Below are positions 27,246 through 64,000 of a stretch of DNA of 64,000 nt, one piece after another. Origin of the DNA: Octopus sinensis (Eukaryota); assembly GCF_006345805.1 (NCBI RefSeq), contig NC_043001.1:29326001-29390000 (forward strand), given 5' to 3'. Numbering within the stretch: position 1 is the stretch's first letter; every line of letters starts with the position of its first letter. A program made the position numbers and the translations under genes. Below the pieces are notes generated by a model. That model worked only from the letters and a program-made list of their open reading frames with translations. It did no database searches and was not told the DNA's origin.

Positions 27246-28149
27246 ATCATCATCATTTAATGTTTGTTGTCCATGCTGGTATGGGTTGGACGGTTCGACT
27301 GGGCTAGCACACTGGAAGGCTGCACCAGGATCAAGTCTGATTTGGCATGGTTTTCTATGGTTGGATGCCCTTCCTAATGCTAACCACTTTGAGAGTGTAA
27401 TGGGTGCATTTTCATGCCATAGCATAGGTGCCATTTGTGTGACACTGGTATCTGCCATGACTGTGATTTTGCTCGGCTTGATGGGTCTTCTTCCCAAGTG
27501 GAACATAATGCCAAAGATCTTGGTCATTGCCTCCATGAGGCCCAACACTCAAAAGGAACTCAGCTACTTTGCTTCAATGAGGCCCAACTCTCAAAAGGAA
27601 CTCAGTCACTTTGCCTCCATCAGGCCCAATGCTCAAAAGGTACTCACCACTTTGCCTCCATGAAGCCCAACATTCAAAAGTTGATTTTTTTTATGTGCCA
27701 CCTTTGAACGTTGGGCCTCACAGAGCTAAAGTGGCTGAGGACCTTTCAAGCATTGGGCCTGATCCTAAAATCACCTTGGTAATGCTTACTGCCATCAACC
27801 TTCACTCCCTACCTACAACTCATCGCCTAACATTCATCATTTCCACTTTCACCTGAGAGCAGAATAGGCACATACTGCATCCCCTGTTTCTCTCTCAGTT
27901 ACCTTCTCTCCCTTCCCCAGTTACCTTTCTTCCCCATCCTACTGTTTCTACCAATTACGTCCTTTCTATGTCCCTTATCTCCCTTCCTTGTACTGCTCTC
28001 CATCATAGATTTCTTGGTTACCTGGTATCACCGTTAATGCCCTCACATATCTACTGCAGCCTCTACATTGAACTATATTTTACAATAACTTGGCAATGTC
28101 TCTGTTTGGACAACATAATTAATTAAAGACAAACACGTCAGAGATATAT

Positions 28150-28165
28150 TTTATTATTATTTATT
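28150..28165 (-). promoter_or_regulatory. Two AATAAA hexamers about 1.05 kb after the cadherin stop; candidate poly(A) signal
   Basis: TTTATT on + at 28150-28155 and 28160-28165, at the edge of a repeat-free AT-rich block 28140-29200. Confidence 0.35.
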
Positions 28166-29204
28166 ATATAAAACAAATGTTAACAGATCTATATTTTTTT
28201 ACTTCAAATATTTGCTCCAAGTTGAAAATATTTACAGTTTGGTGTTACTTCAGAAAGGGTTATTTTTTAATTCTTTTTTTTTTTTTGCGGGGTTATTTCC
28301 ATTTTTGTAGAAGAACCAGTTGGTTTGACTTTTAAAAAATATATTACTTTTTTTTTTTGTTTATTTGCAATTATTATCACAACTTGAATTTTAAAATAAT
28401 TATACATAACTTTAGAAAAGTAAATCTATGTAATAAGATATAAAAATAGTGGAAGCACAGAATTTTTGAAACAGTTAACAGAATCATGAATGTGTTACTA
28501 GTTTGTAGAATTTGGGATTTGTTTCCATGAGTGTTACTAAGCAGTCAATCTCAGAAAGATTAACTTACAACAACATTTAGAGTGTTCTTTCATTTCCACT
28601 GAGAAATGGCGAAATACATTGCTGAGTACTCCACTGTCAGGTGTGACATCAACCTGCAGTCTTACTTATAAAGAGTGTTGAAAGATTAAAATATTTAAGA
28701 CTGACCAATATCCTGCGAGAGTCATAGTGCATCAAAATTTGATTTTTGTTTTTAAATTTGAGCTACTTTTAAGATAGCTTAAAATTTTTTTTTAATTTAA
28801 AAAATGATAGCTTTTATTATTTAATGTTGTTGTAACCATATGAAACTTTTTCTTTCTTTTAAATTAAAATTTGTTATTTTCACTCATGATTATTCGATAC
28901 ATTAATAAATGTTAGTATTCCTAATTTATTTCTAATTTAGTCCATTTCTAAAATTGAGTTGTATTATTCAGTTATGCATAATAATTTTTTTATCAAAAGA
29001 GAAATATAAATAAAAAATATATAAACATTTTGTGGAATTCAAGCCATGTTGATTATAAAACATTAGGAAAGCCTTGTATATAAATATGATTACTTTAGCT
29101 CTTACTTAGGTTAATTGTTATAATATTGTGATTAGAGGCAAAAAAAAAAAATAATTCTTAAGTTTTAACATTTTTGATATAATGTCCTTAAAGAGAATGA
29201 GCAA

Positions 29205-53762
<24,558 letters not shown>

Positions 53763-54286
53763 CTGAAAATGTTCCTTCCCATTAGATGAAATGGCATTGT
53801 ATCACTAGATTCAAAGGAGTACTTCAAATAATGGTTATCATAAAAATCTTTATCTGTTGCCTGGTTACAAAGAAAAATGAAATGAAAAGCATATCAAAAG
53901 GTTCATACATCTTATATATGTACATACTTTACATTTGCATTTACAAACGTACATATTTTTATCTTAGGAAATGATCTGGTTAATGACTGAATAGTTTGTA
54001 ACTTGACTTTGATGTTGCATTGAATTCTTGGTAAACTAACACCCAAAAACACAGTGTGTCTAAATACAAGATTTTGTTTTATCTTCTATCTTTTACTTGT
54101 TTTAGTCATTCAACTACAGCCATGCTGGGGCAATTGCTTTCAAGTGATTAGATGAGCAAATTGGCTCCTGTACTTTTTTCTTAGGCTTGGTGCTTCTTCT
54201 ATTGGTTTCTTGTTGTTAAATCACTAAGTTACTGGGATGTAAAGAAACCAATGCCAGTTGTCAAGCAATATATATACACACCTATA

Positions 54287-54344
<58 letters not shown>

Positions 54345-55222
54345 CAGGGTGTGGTGAATAAACTGTTGTCTAAATTACACAAAAATGAAAATAACACTGA
54401 CATTTCATTTTAACAGATATATTTACCAAAATTACATTAAAATATCTTGAAATATTAGAATAAATTTATTCAATAAAATTGCCATTGGCTTCAACCATGG
54501 CTTCTAGGTGACTTTGGAATCTCCTGCAACTCTTAAGATGATCTCCTTGTTTAAGTTGGTCAATGCAGCCATAATTCTTGCCTTAAGTTCATCTTTGATA
54601 CAAAAAGGAGTTTTGTGGGTCTCTCGCTAAACTGCACCCCACACATAATAATCAAAGGGGTTGTAGTGTGGGGAGTTTTGTGGCAGATGTTAGGGGTGGT
54701 GTGGTTGCAGAAATTGTCTGACAGCCATGACTGGGTTCTCCTGTTTGTGTGGCATGATGCAGAATCCTGCTGCCAGACACAGGGTCTTCCAGCAGCCCCC
54801 TTCTTGACTCAGGACAGCACTACCTCCTCCAGGCACTTGATGTAGGCCTCCATGTTGAGTCTGAGGTTGTATGGTAAGATGAATGGAGGCATAACATTGC
54901 CATTACATGATCACTCCAAACATCATGATGTTGACTGGATGTTTGATTTTTATCACTCTAGTTATATGTCCTCAGATTGTACTGTCCTCAGATTGACACC
55001 CAGACACTCTGAAATGTTTGTATTGGAACTTCCGGCACAAATGTCAAGCAGTAAAGCATGTTGCTTCCAAATTTCTGGCAGAGCAAATTGCGTCATTGTG
55101 CTGTTTTTCTCACAGATGGTGCCCAACTGCCCCTACTATAATGTGTAGTCAACAAAATTAAAAACAATGCACATGCACAAAATTAAAAATATAAAATGGT
55201 TGTAATTTACCCTCGCACCCTT
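54345..55222 (-). mobile_element. Internally deleted DD37D (maT/mori-type) Tc1/mariner
   Basis: Imperfect CAGGGTG-type TIRs; WQQDSASCH...(W)PQNSPHYNPFDYYVWG gives 37 residues between the last two Asp after restoring a 1-bp deletion; ends VEANGNFIE*. Confidence 0.8.
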
Positions 55223-55274
55223 TATATATGTATATATATTTATATCATCATCATATATATAAATATATAATATA

Positions 55275-55315
<41 letters not shown>

Positions 55316-55330
55316 TATATATATACACAC

Positions 55331-55361
<31 letters not shown>

Positions 55362-55718
55362 TATATACACATATATATATATACACACACATATATATAT
55401 ATATACATATATAATATACATATACATATATATATATATACATATACATATAATATATATACATATATATATATACATATACATATATATATATATACTA
55501 TATATAATACATATATATATATATATATATAACATATATATATATATGTATATATATACATATATACATATATATATATTTATAATACATATATACATAT
55601 ATACATATATATATACATATATACATATATTATATATATACATATATACATATATACATATATATATATATACATATATACATATATGTATATATATACA
55701 TATATGTAATATATATAC

Positions 55719-55753
<35 letters not shown>

Positions 55754-55762
55754 CATATATAC

Positions 55763-55809
<47 letters not shown>

Positions 55810-55868
55810 ATATACATATATATCTATATATATATATACATATTATATATATACATATATATTATATA

Positions 55869-55912
<44 letters not shown>

Positions 55913-56763
55913 TATATACATATATATATACATATATATATATACATATATATATATATCTATACATATATATATATACATATATATATAATATACATAT
56001 ATATATACATATCTATATATATATCTATATATATATATATATACACATATATATTATATATATACCTATATATATATCTATATATATATATACATATATA
56101 TATATTATATACATATATATATATCTATATACATATATCTATATATACATAATATATACATATAATATATATATATCTCAATATATATATATACATATAT
56201 ATATACTATATATATATTACATATATATATATATATATACATATATATATACCTATATATATATATATACATATATAGATACATATATATATCTCTATAT
56301 ATATATATATATCTATATATATATACATATATACATATATATAATATATATATATTATATACATTATAATATAATATATCTATATATACATATATCCATA
56401 TATATATATATATATATATACATATATATATTATATATATATAATATATATATTATACATATATCTATATAATATATATATAATATATATATTATATATA
56501 TCTATAATATATATCTATATATATCTATATACTATATATCTATATATATATATCTATAACATGTATACATATACATATATATATATATTATATACATGTT
56601 ATATATACATATATACATATATATATATACATATATATATATCTATATACCCTATGTATATATATATATATACTATTACATACCCCTATTATATATATAT
56701 ATATATTATATTATAATATATATATATATACATGTATATATATACATATATACATATATATAT

Positions 56764-56813
<50 letters not shown>

Positions 56814-56817
56814 ATAT

Positions 56818-56854
<37 letters not shown>
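55223..56854. repeat. Degenerate (TA)n/(TATACA)n array, ~1.6 kb
   Basis: Directly visible; source of the spurious YI-repeat ORFs. Confidence 0.95.
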
Positions 56855-58545
56855 GAATAAAAATGGAGTTAACGCAGGTTTAAACAAGTATTTTTTCTTT
56901 CTACATATGTTTCAAAATTCCACTGATACTTATTCAAAAGAATAAAAGGTATAAACAATGCAATCTTCTCTTCGGGAAAGGGAAAAACGAAACTTGTCAA
57001 TACGACATTTTAGCAAAAAATGATAGATTCGTATAGCAATAGACAGAACGCTATTATATTGTTTTAAAAAAACGTTATATGATATAACGTCATAAGTAGC
57101 TAACAGAAGAGTAGGGATATTAATAGTGAATGTTAAATATAAAGGAAATTAAAGTCTAAACTATATATAATGATAGAGACTACTTATATGCACTAAAAGT
57201 ATGTTTTTGCCAATGCTTACATCTGTATGCTCGTTCTATAACCGTGTTTACTAGAGTATTTTTAGAAAAAATAATGAAAAATAGTTCAGAATTGCAGAGA
57301 AGACAGAATTTCTTGCCTTTGTCATATGGTATCGAATTGAGAGGATCAACCATTCCAAATGAAATTGTTCATTGTGGTCTTTTAAATTCCAAATCAGTTT
57401 GCTGAGACCGGTACTATTCCGTTTATTTCTATCCCTAAATGTTGAGTAATGGATAGAAATTCTCTTAGATAACTCTAACGATGTGCTTCCAATGTAAAAT
57501 TGTACTTTATTACGAGTACTGATTATACACTGGTATATAGAATTTTTAATCTTAGAGTTCTTGACATAAATTTAATTCTATTGGGATTGACTTCAGATAC
57601 AATAACCTTGTTATTAATATTTCTAGAGGGTTGGATGGTAGTAGCTAAATTAATGTTAGTATTAGTAAAGTATTAATATTTAACAGTTTGTTATTATGAG
57701 AAGATATAATTTGCAAGAGATTTTTGGTGTTTGAAAAACCTATCCTAACTTTATGTGAATTAATTATAGAGTAATATCTAGAATTATTTGGAAAATTCCT
57801 AGCAATAGCTTGACGAACAGCAGTGGGAGATTAGATTTAATTTGTCTCCCGTAAGGAATTATAACCAAATATTTTTACTAGTATTCATAGCGTAATTACT
57901 TTTGAAGGTGTTTATTTTACTTTAGATCGGTAATAGGGGAATAAATAAGGGTTATCTGCCTTCATCGCTTTGTATTATTTTTTCTAAAAATACTCTAGTT
58001 AAACACGGTTATAGAACGAGCATACAGATGTAAGCATTGGCAAAAACATACTTTTAGTGCATATAAGTAGTCTCTATCATTATATATAGTTTAGACTTTA
58101 ATTTCCTTTATATTTAACATTCACTATTAATATCCCTACTCTTTCTGTTAGCTACTTATGACGTTATATCATATAACGTTTTTTTTTACAATATTAATAG
58201 CGTTCTGTCTATCGCTATACGAATCTATCATTTTTTCTAAAATGTCGTATTGACAAGTTTCGTTTTTTCCCTTTCCCGAAGAGAAGATTGCATTGTTTAT
58301 ACCTTTTATTCTTTTGAATAAGTATCAGTGGAATTTTTGAAACATATGTAGAAAGAAAAATACTTGTTTAAACCTGCGTTAACTCCATTTTTTATTCCTA
58401 TTATTCAAATATTCAACGTAAACACGAAGTTTCAACCTTTATAAACAGGAGTTTACAACATCTTACTTGTGAGATTTTTGCTGTCCTGGTAACTATTCAT
58501 TCATTTATCCGTGTTAAATGTTACAAGTAAAATACACTCATCTAT
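56855..58545 (-). mobile_element. Penelope-like element: 5'-truncated minus copy with C-terminal GIY-YIG endonuclease (57970-56855) fused head-to-head to an inverted pseudo-LTR (57974-58545)
   Basis: Minus translation (2-3 frameshifts): IW..PYGRQIKSNL..RNFP..KVRIGFSNTKNLLQIISSHNNKLL, then NSIYQCII..FYIGST..KRISIHYSTF..STGLSKLIWNLK..W..PY..FCLLCNSE..VN..E..CKH, stop at 57180-57182; arms 56855-57275 and 57974-58397 are inverted repeats. Confidence 0.85.
58271..58355 (+). ncRNA. Candidate type I hammerhead ribozyme variant in the PLE pseudo-LTR (mirror copy on - at 56897-56980)
   Basis: Stem I CTTTC/GAAAG; core CCGAAGA (U4C vs CUGANGA); long stem II 58283-58338; GAAA; palindromic stem III ACATATGT; GUA cleavage triplet at 58348-58350. 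Folded by eye. Confidence 0.5.
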
Positions 58546-58661
58546 TTATATAATATATATACATATATATACATATATATATATATAATATATATATATA
58601 TATATACATATATTATATATATATATATACATATATATATACATATATAATATATATATAC

Positions 58662-58692
<31 letters not shown>

Positions 58693-58717
58693 ATATATAT
58701 ATATATATACATATATA

Positions 58718-58763
<46 letters not shown>

Positions 58764-58804
58764 TCTATATACATATATATATACATATATATATATATGG
58801 GTAT

Positions 58805-58897
<93 letters not shown>

Positions 58898-58941
58898 CAT
58901 ATTATATATATATTTTATATTACATATATATATATATATAT

Positions 58942-58972
<31 letters not shown>

Positions 58973-59016
58973 TATATACATATATATATATATTATATAT
59001 ACATATATATATTTAA

Positions 59017-59053
<37 letters not shown>

Positions 59054-59104
59054 GATACATATATAATATATACATATATTATATACATATATATATAACA
59101 TATA

Positions 59105-59139
<35 letters not shown>

Positions 59140-59310
59140 TACTACCCATATATATAATACATATATATATATATATACATATCCTATATACATATATATA
59201 TATATATATATTACATATATTATAATATATATATATATATATATAGTATATACACATATATATATACATATATATATACACATATATATACCATATATAT
59301 ACATATATCT

Positions 59311-59343
<33 letters not shown>

Positions 59344-59359
59344 CATATATACTACATAC

Positions 59360-59408
<49 letters not shown>

Positions 59409-59770
59409 CATATATATACATAATACATATATATATATATATATCTATATATATATCTCTATACATATATATATCGATTATATACTATATATATTCTATA
59501 CCATATATATATATATCCTATATATATATATATACTATATATATATATATCTATCATATCTATATATATATATACATAATCATACATATATATATATATA
59601 TTATATTATACATATATACATATATATATACACATATATATATTTACATAATATATACATATATATATAATACTATATATATATATACCATATATATATT
59701 ATACATATATATACATATTATATATACTATATATACATATATATATACATATATATATAGATATATAGAC

Positions 59771-59801
<31 letters not shown>

Positions 59802-59989
59802 ATCTATACATAATATATATATACATATATACATATATATACACATATATATATATACATATATATATACATATATACTACTATACATAATATATACATA
59901 TATCCATATATACATATATATACACATATATACATTATATACATATATATACACATATATATACATATATATACCTATATATATAAAAC

Positions 59990-60033
<44 letters not shown>

Positions 60034-60370
60034 TATATACATATATATACATATATATATATATATATATCTATACATATATATACATTATATATTATAA
60101 CTAATACACATATATATACATATATATAATATATCATATATACCCATATATATATATATACATATATACATATATATACATATATATACATATACATATA
60201 TACATATATATACATATATATTACATATCCATAATATATACATCATATATATATACATATACATATATAATATACATATATATATACATATATATTATAT
60301 ATACATATATATATTATACATTATATATATATAATACATATATATATATATACATATATATATATAACAC

Positions 60371-60403
<33 letters not shown>

Positions 60404-60454
60404 CCCATATATATATATATTACATATATATATATACATATATATATATAATAC

Positions 60455-60486
<32 letters not shown>

Positions 60487-60600
60487 CATACATATCTATA
60501 TATATATAGCATATATATATATATACCTTATTTAATATATTATCTATATATATATATCTATATATATATATATATATATACTATATATATATACACCATA
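58546..60600. repeat. Degenerate (TA)n/(TATACA)n array, ~2 kb
   Basis: Directly visible; same C-on-plus bias as 55223-56854. Confidence 0.95.
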
Positions 60601-60747
60601 TATATATGCACCAAATAGCAGTTGCTAGAAAGCCTCCATGAATGTGAACCAAGTAGCAACACCAAATGGCGGTGCCCCAGCATGGCCACAGCTCATAAGC
60701 TGAAACTAGAATCAATCAATCATATATATATATATCTATATACATAT

Positions 60748-62866
60748 ATATATGAAAAAAGGTTTGAAAATGCAATTTAAACGATGTTTATTTACTTAAC
60801 CGGTTTCACTCTTTGGTAAAAGATTGTCAAAAGAACTTTGAATATATGGGTTCAAAAAAAGTTTTTTACATAATTGTCACATTGAATATTATGAATTCAA
60901 AAATGTTTTTTTTATACATAATTGTCACATTACATGTATAAACATAGTAAAAAAAAGTTCAATAGTATGATGAGAATATTTGGAAAAATTGGCAGAAAAA
61001 TAAAATAAATATATTATTGGAAATTTGGTTGCGTTAATTATTGTGTTGTCGCCAATTGTCACATTACATGTATATATATACAGTCTTTGGTAGAAAGGAC
61101 ATGTTAAAGACATAAGAAGTGTAATAGTTTGGTGAGAAAGCTTGTAATATTGACAGAGAAAATAAAATGGATATTTTAGACATCTCAGAATATTTTGAAT
61201 CGAAGGCGAGAATTTGTTTTTTACTGACCTGTTTGTTTTAGCAGAAAAGTTGGATTGAGAGAAAAAAAGATATGTACCCAGTTTGGTTTATACTTCCCCT
61301 TCAAGCATCAGTGATTTTGGGGTTATTGGGAGGTGAGTATGCGGGTGTGAATAGATGTGTCCGTGTGCCTGCTGGTCAGACAGCGTCTGTTTGTCACACA
61401 CATATATACACACACACACAACAACAATACACACACACACACATAGTATACACACACACACCACATACACACAACACACACACACACAGAACACACACAC
61501 ACACAACGCACCCACATATATAATATATACACACAGCACACAAATATAACATGTATTTATATATAATATACACACATGTATATTAGGAATGTAATCTTAT
61601 TCAAAAATACAGACCACAACTAAACATACTCTAACATGCCCCCTGGGCACACATCCAGAGCAGGCACACAGGGGCACACGCACACTCACAGCATATCGTG
61701 CGGGCGGGCACATGCGCGCATCGGCACGCATAGGGCACACTAGCGGGCATTGATCGCACACATACGTGGCACGCACACGCATGCATTATATATATGTTAG
61801 GTTATGTGTATGTGTGTGGGTGTTTGTGTGTGTGTGTGTGAGTGTGCACGTTGTGTGTGTGCGCGTGTGTATATGTATGTGTGTGGTGTGTGTGCGTGTG
61901 GTGTATGTGTGTGGGTGCTCGCGTTGTGTGTGTGTACACGTGTGTATATATGTGTGTATGTGTGTGCACTGTGTGCGTGTGTGTGTGTATGTGTGTGTGT
62001 GTGTGTGAGCATTGTGTACGTGTGTATGTATTTACATGTGTATTTGTTTTTTATATTATATATGTGTGTGTGCTGTGTGTGTATATGCATGGTATGTGTG
62101 TATATGCATGGTATGTGTGTATATGTGAGTACATTGTTTGTGTGTGTGTGCGGTATGTAGAGATATATTTGAGTGTGTACGCTATAGGTTTGTATTTTGT
62201 GTGTGTGGGTGTGTGTGTGAATTTTATATATATATGTGTGTGTATGTGTGTGAAAAAATATATGTATGTGCATGTATGTATGTATGTATATGTATATATA
62301 TATATATATGTGTATATATATATATGTGTGTGTGTATGTGTGTGTGTGTATATATATTTTCATATATATGTGTGTATAAACATGTGCATTATTTGCATGC
62401 GCATTGTGTATATGTATATTGTATGTATGTGTACTGTATATGTATGTGTACAATTAAGTGTATATATTGTGTGTATGTGTGCATTGTATATGTATATTGT
62501 AAGTGGCTATATATACATGAATACATGTATATACGTTGCGTGTATATATATGTATGCATTGTGTATGTATGCTATGTGTGTGTGTGTCTATATATATTAT
62601 ATGTATGCGTACGTGTATGTGTATGCATTGTATGTATGTATATTGTGTGTATATGTGGTATATCTATGTATGTGTATGTTAACACTATTTATATGTATAT
62701 ATGTATATATGTATATGCATTGTCTATATATATATTATATGTATGTATTGCGTATGTATATTGCATACATATATTGTGTATGTGTATTATATACATGCTG
62801 TGTATGTGTATTGTATGTGTATATATATGCTAGGTGTATTTGTGTGATATTTATATTATGTATATA

Positions 62867-62907
<41 letters not shown>

Positions 62908-63740
62908 TATATATGTGTGTATATTATATATAAATACATGTTATATTTGTGTGCTGTGTGTATATATTATATATGTGGGTGCGTTGTGTGTGTGTGTGTT
63001 CTGTGTGTGTGTGTTGTGTGTATGTGGTGTGTGTGTGTATACTATGTGTGTGTGTGTGTATTGTTGTTGTGTGTGTGTGTATATATGTGTGTGACAAACA
63101 GACGCTGTCTGACCAGCAGGCACACGGACACATCTATTCACACCCGCATACTCACCTCCCAATAACCCCAAAATCACTGATGCTTGAAGGGAAGTATAAA
63201 CAAACTGGGTACATATCTTTTTTCTCTCAATCCAACTTTTCTGCTAAAACAAACAGGTCAGTAAAAAACAAATTCTCGCCTTCGATTCAAAATATTCTGA
63301 GATGTCTAAAATATCCATTTTAATTTTCTCTGTCAATATTACAAGCTTTCTCACCAAACTATTACACTTCCTTATGTCTTTAACATGTCCTTTCTACCAA
63401 AGACTGTATATATATACATGTAATGTGACAATTGGCGACAACCAATAATTAACGCAACCAAATTTCCAATAATATATTGTATTATTCTTTTCTGCCAATT
63501 TTTCCAAATATTCTCATCATACTATTGAACTTTTTTATACTATGTTTATACATGTAATGTGACAATTATGTATAAAAAAACATTTTTGAATTCATAATAT
63601 TCAATGTGACAATTATGTAAAAAACTTTTTTTGAACCCATAATATTCAAAGTTTCTTTTGACAATCTTTTACCAAAGAGTGAAACCGGTTAAGTAAATAA
63701 ACATAGTTTAAATTGCATTTTCAAACCTTTTTTCATATAT
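60748..63740. repeat. Large inverted repeat: arms 60748-61577 and 62913-63740 (~830 bp), spacer ~1.3 kb of degenerate (TG)/(TATG)
   Basis: Arms are reverse complements, including irregularities in the CA/TG tract; they differ mostly by homopolymer-length indels. Confidence 0.9.
63156..63243 (-). pseudogene. Cadherin-like exon (EKLD*EKKDMY...SDFG) with TGA at the LDRE arginine; mirror copy on + at 61242-61332
   Basis: Good acceptor (tgtttgttttag) and donor (GTGAGT); LD[R]E..Y pattern; the two copies differ by three single-base insertions in runs. Could be a real exon corrupted by sequence error. Confidence 0.4.
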
Positions 63741-63914
63741 AATCCCACTCGTGCGATACCCCACAACTCAACTTTTTTATATATACATATATATATTATA
63801 TATACATATATATATATATATATAAATATACTATATATATATATCTATACATATATATCATAACATACATATATTATTATATATACATATATATACATAT
63901 ACATAATATATATA

Positions 63915-63946
<32 letters not shown>

Positions 63947-64000
63947 TATGCACACACACATACACATACATACATATACAGGGTGGTAAAATATTTGAGG

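Larger units (their letters stand above)
19490..27765. mobile_element. Intergenic cluster of family-2 retroposons: 19490-19950 (+), 20395-20945 (+, split), 21297-21468 (-), 21736-22150 (-), 24775-25105 (+), 25560-26067 (+), 27245-27765 (-)
   Basis: Shared 3' end CCGTCCAACCCATGCTAGCATGGA..GGACGTTAAACGATGATGATG with variable 5' length; internal GGTGCTTTTTACGTGCCACCGGCAC or ~40-bp TTGGGCCTCATGGAGGCAAAGTGGCTGAG sub-repeats. Confidence 0.8.

Noticed and set aside
28560-28670. Open segment with GTAAGT donor on the minus strand
   Set aside because: Lies downstream of the cadherin stop and resembles a SINE family-4 fragment (GCTGAGTACTCCAC).
56960-57005. CGAAAC-TT-GTC on the PLE antisense strand as a hammerhead
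   Set aside because: No CUGANGA-like core or stem I in register; the sense-strand fold explains the region better.
55240-60489. Long YI/YM/CI-repeat ORFs up to 308 aa
   Set aside because: Translations of degenerate (TA)n arrays, open only because the repeat lacks stops.
61600-61800. GC-rich island as foreign DNA or a regulatory CpG island
   Set aside because: Low-complexity GCAC-type garble at the centre of an inverted repeat; more consistent with poor base-calling of CA repeats.
61272-63323. CV/HT-repeat ORFs up to 363 aa
   Set aside because: Translations of (TG)/(CA) microsatellite in noisy sequence.
63977-64000. TA-CAGGGTGG at the window edge as the start of another Tc1/mariner TIR
   Set aside because: Only 24 nt visible; cannot be supported.

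Overview
Eukaryotic, very AT-rich, repeat-dense animal DNA; the SINE families and (TA)n/(ATT)n/(CAT)n microsatellites resemble an octopus (coleoid cephalopod) genome (inference). I reconstructed two convergent intron-rich genes by hand. (1) + strand: the last 11 exons of mitochondrial 2-oxoglutarate dehydrogenase E1 (OGDH), 816-13153, 569 aa visible, all junctions GT-AG and phase-compatible. (2) - strand: the last 8 exons (53762 to 29205, 280 aa) of a Cad99C/PCDH15-like cadherin, almost invisible in the ORF track: end of last EC repeat, membrane-adjacent domain, TM helix, cytoplasmic ETQ-x-L-x-M-x-VPPD and NPLF motifs, PDZ-type C-terminus ETTTIL. A further cadherin-like exon sits in a large inverted repeat near 63.2 kb. 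The rest is transposon-derived: three Tc1/mariner elements (one with a nested SINE, one DD37D), hAT MITEs, three non-autonomous Helitrons, several tRNA-derived SINE families, CR1/L2-like and RTE LINE fragments, a cluster of R4/Dong-type RLE retrotransposon ends in (TAA)n, and a Penelope-like GIY-YIG element inserted head-to-head in a multi-kb (TA)n array with a candidate hammerhead ribozyme variant. Sequence beyond about 55 kb looks noisy (homopolymer indels), so structures there need read-level validation. Gene boundaries were counted by hand; repeat boundaries are approximate. No database searches were run; all homology calls are from recalled motifs.
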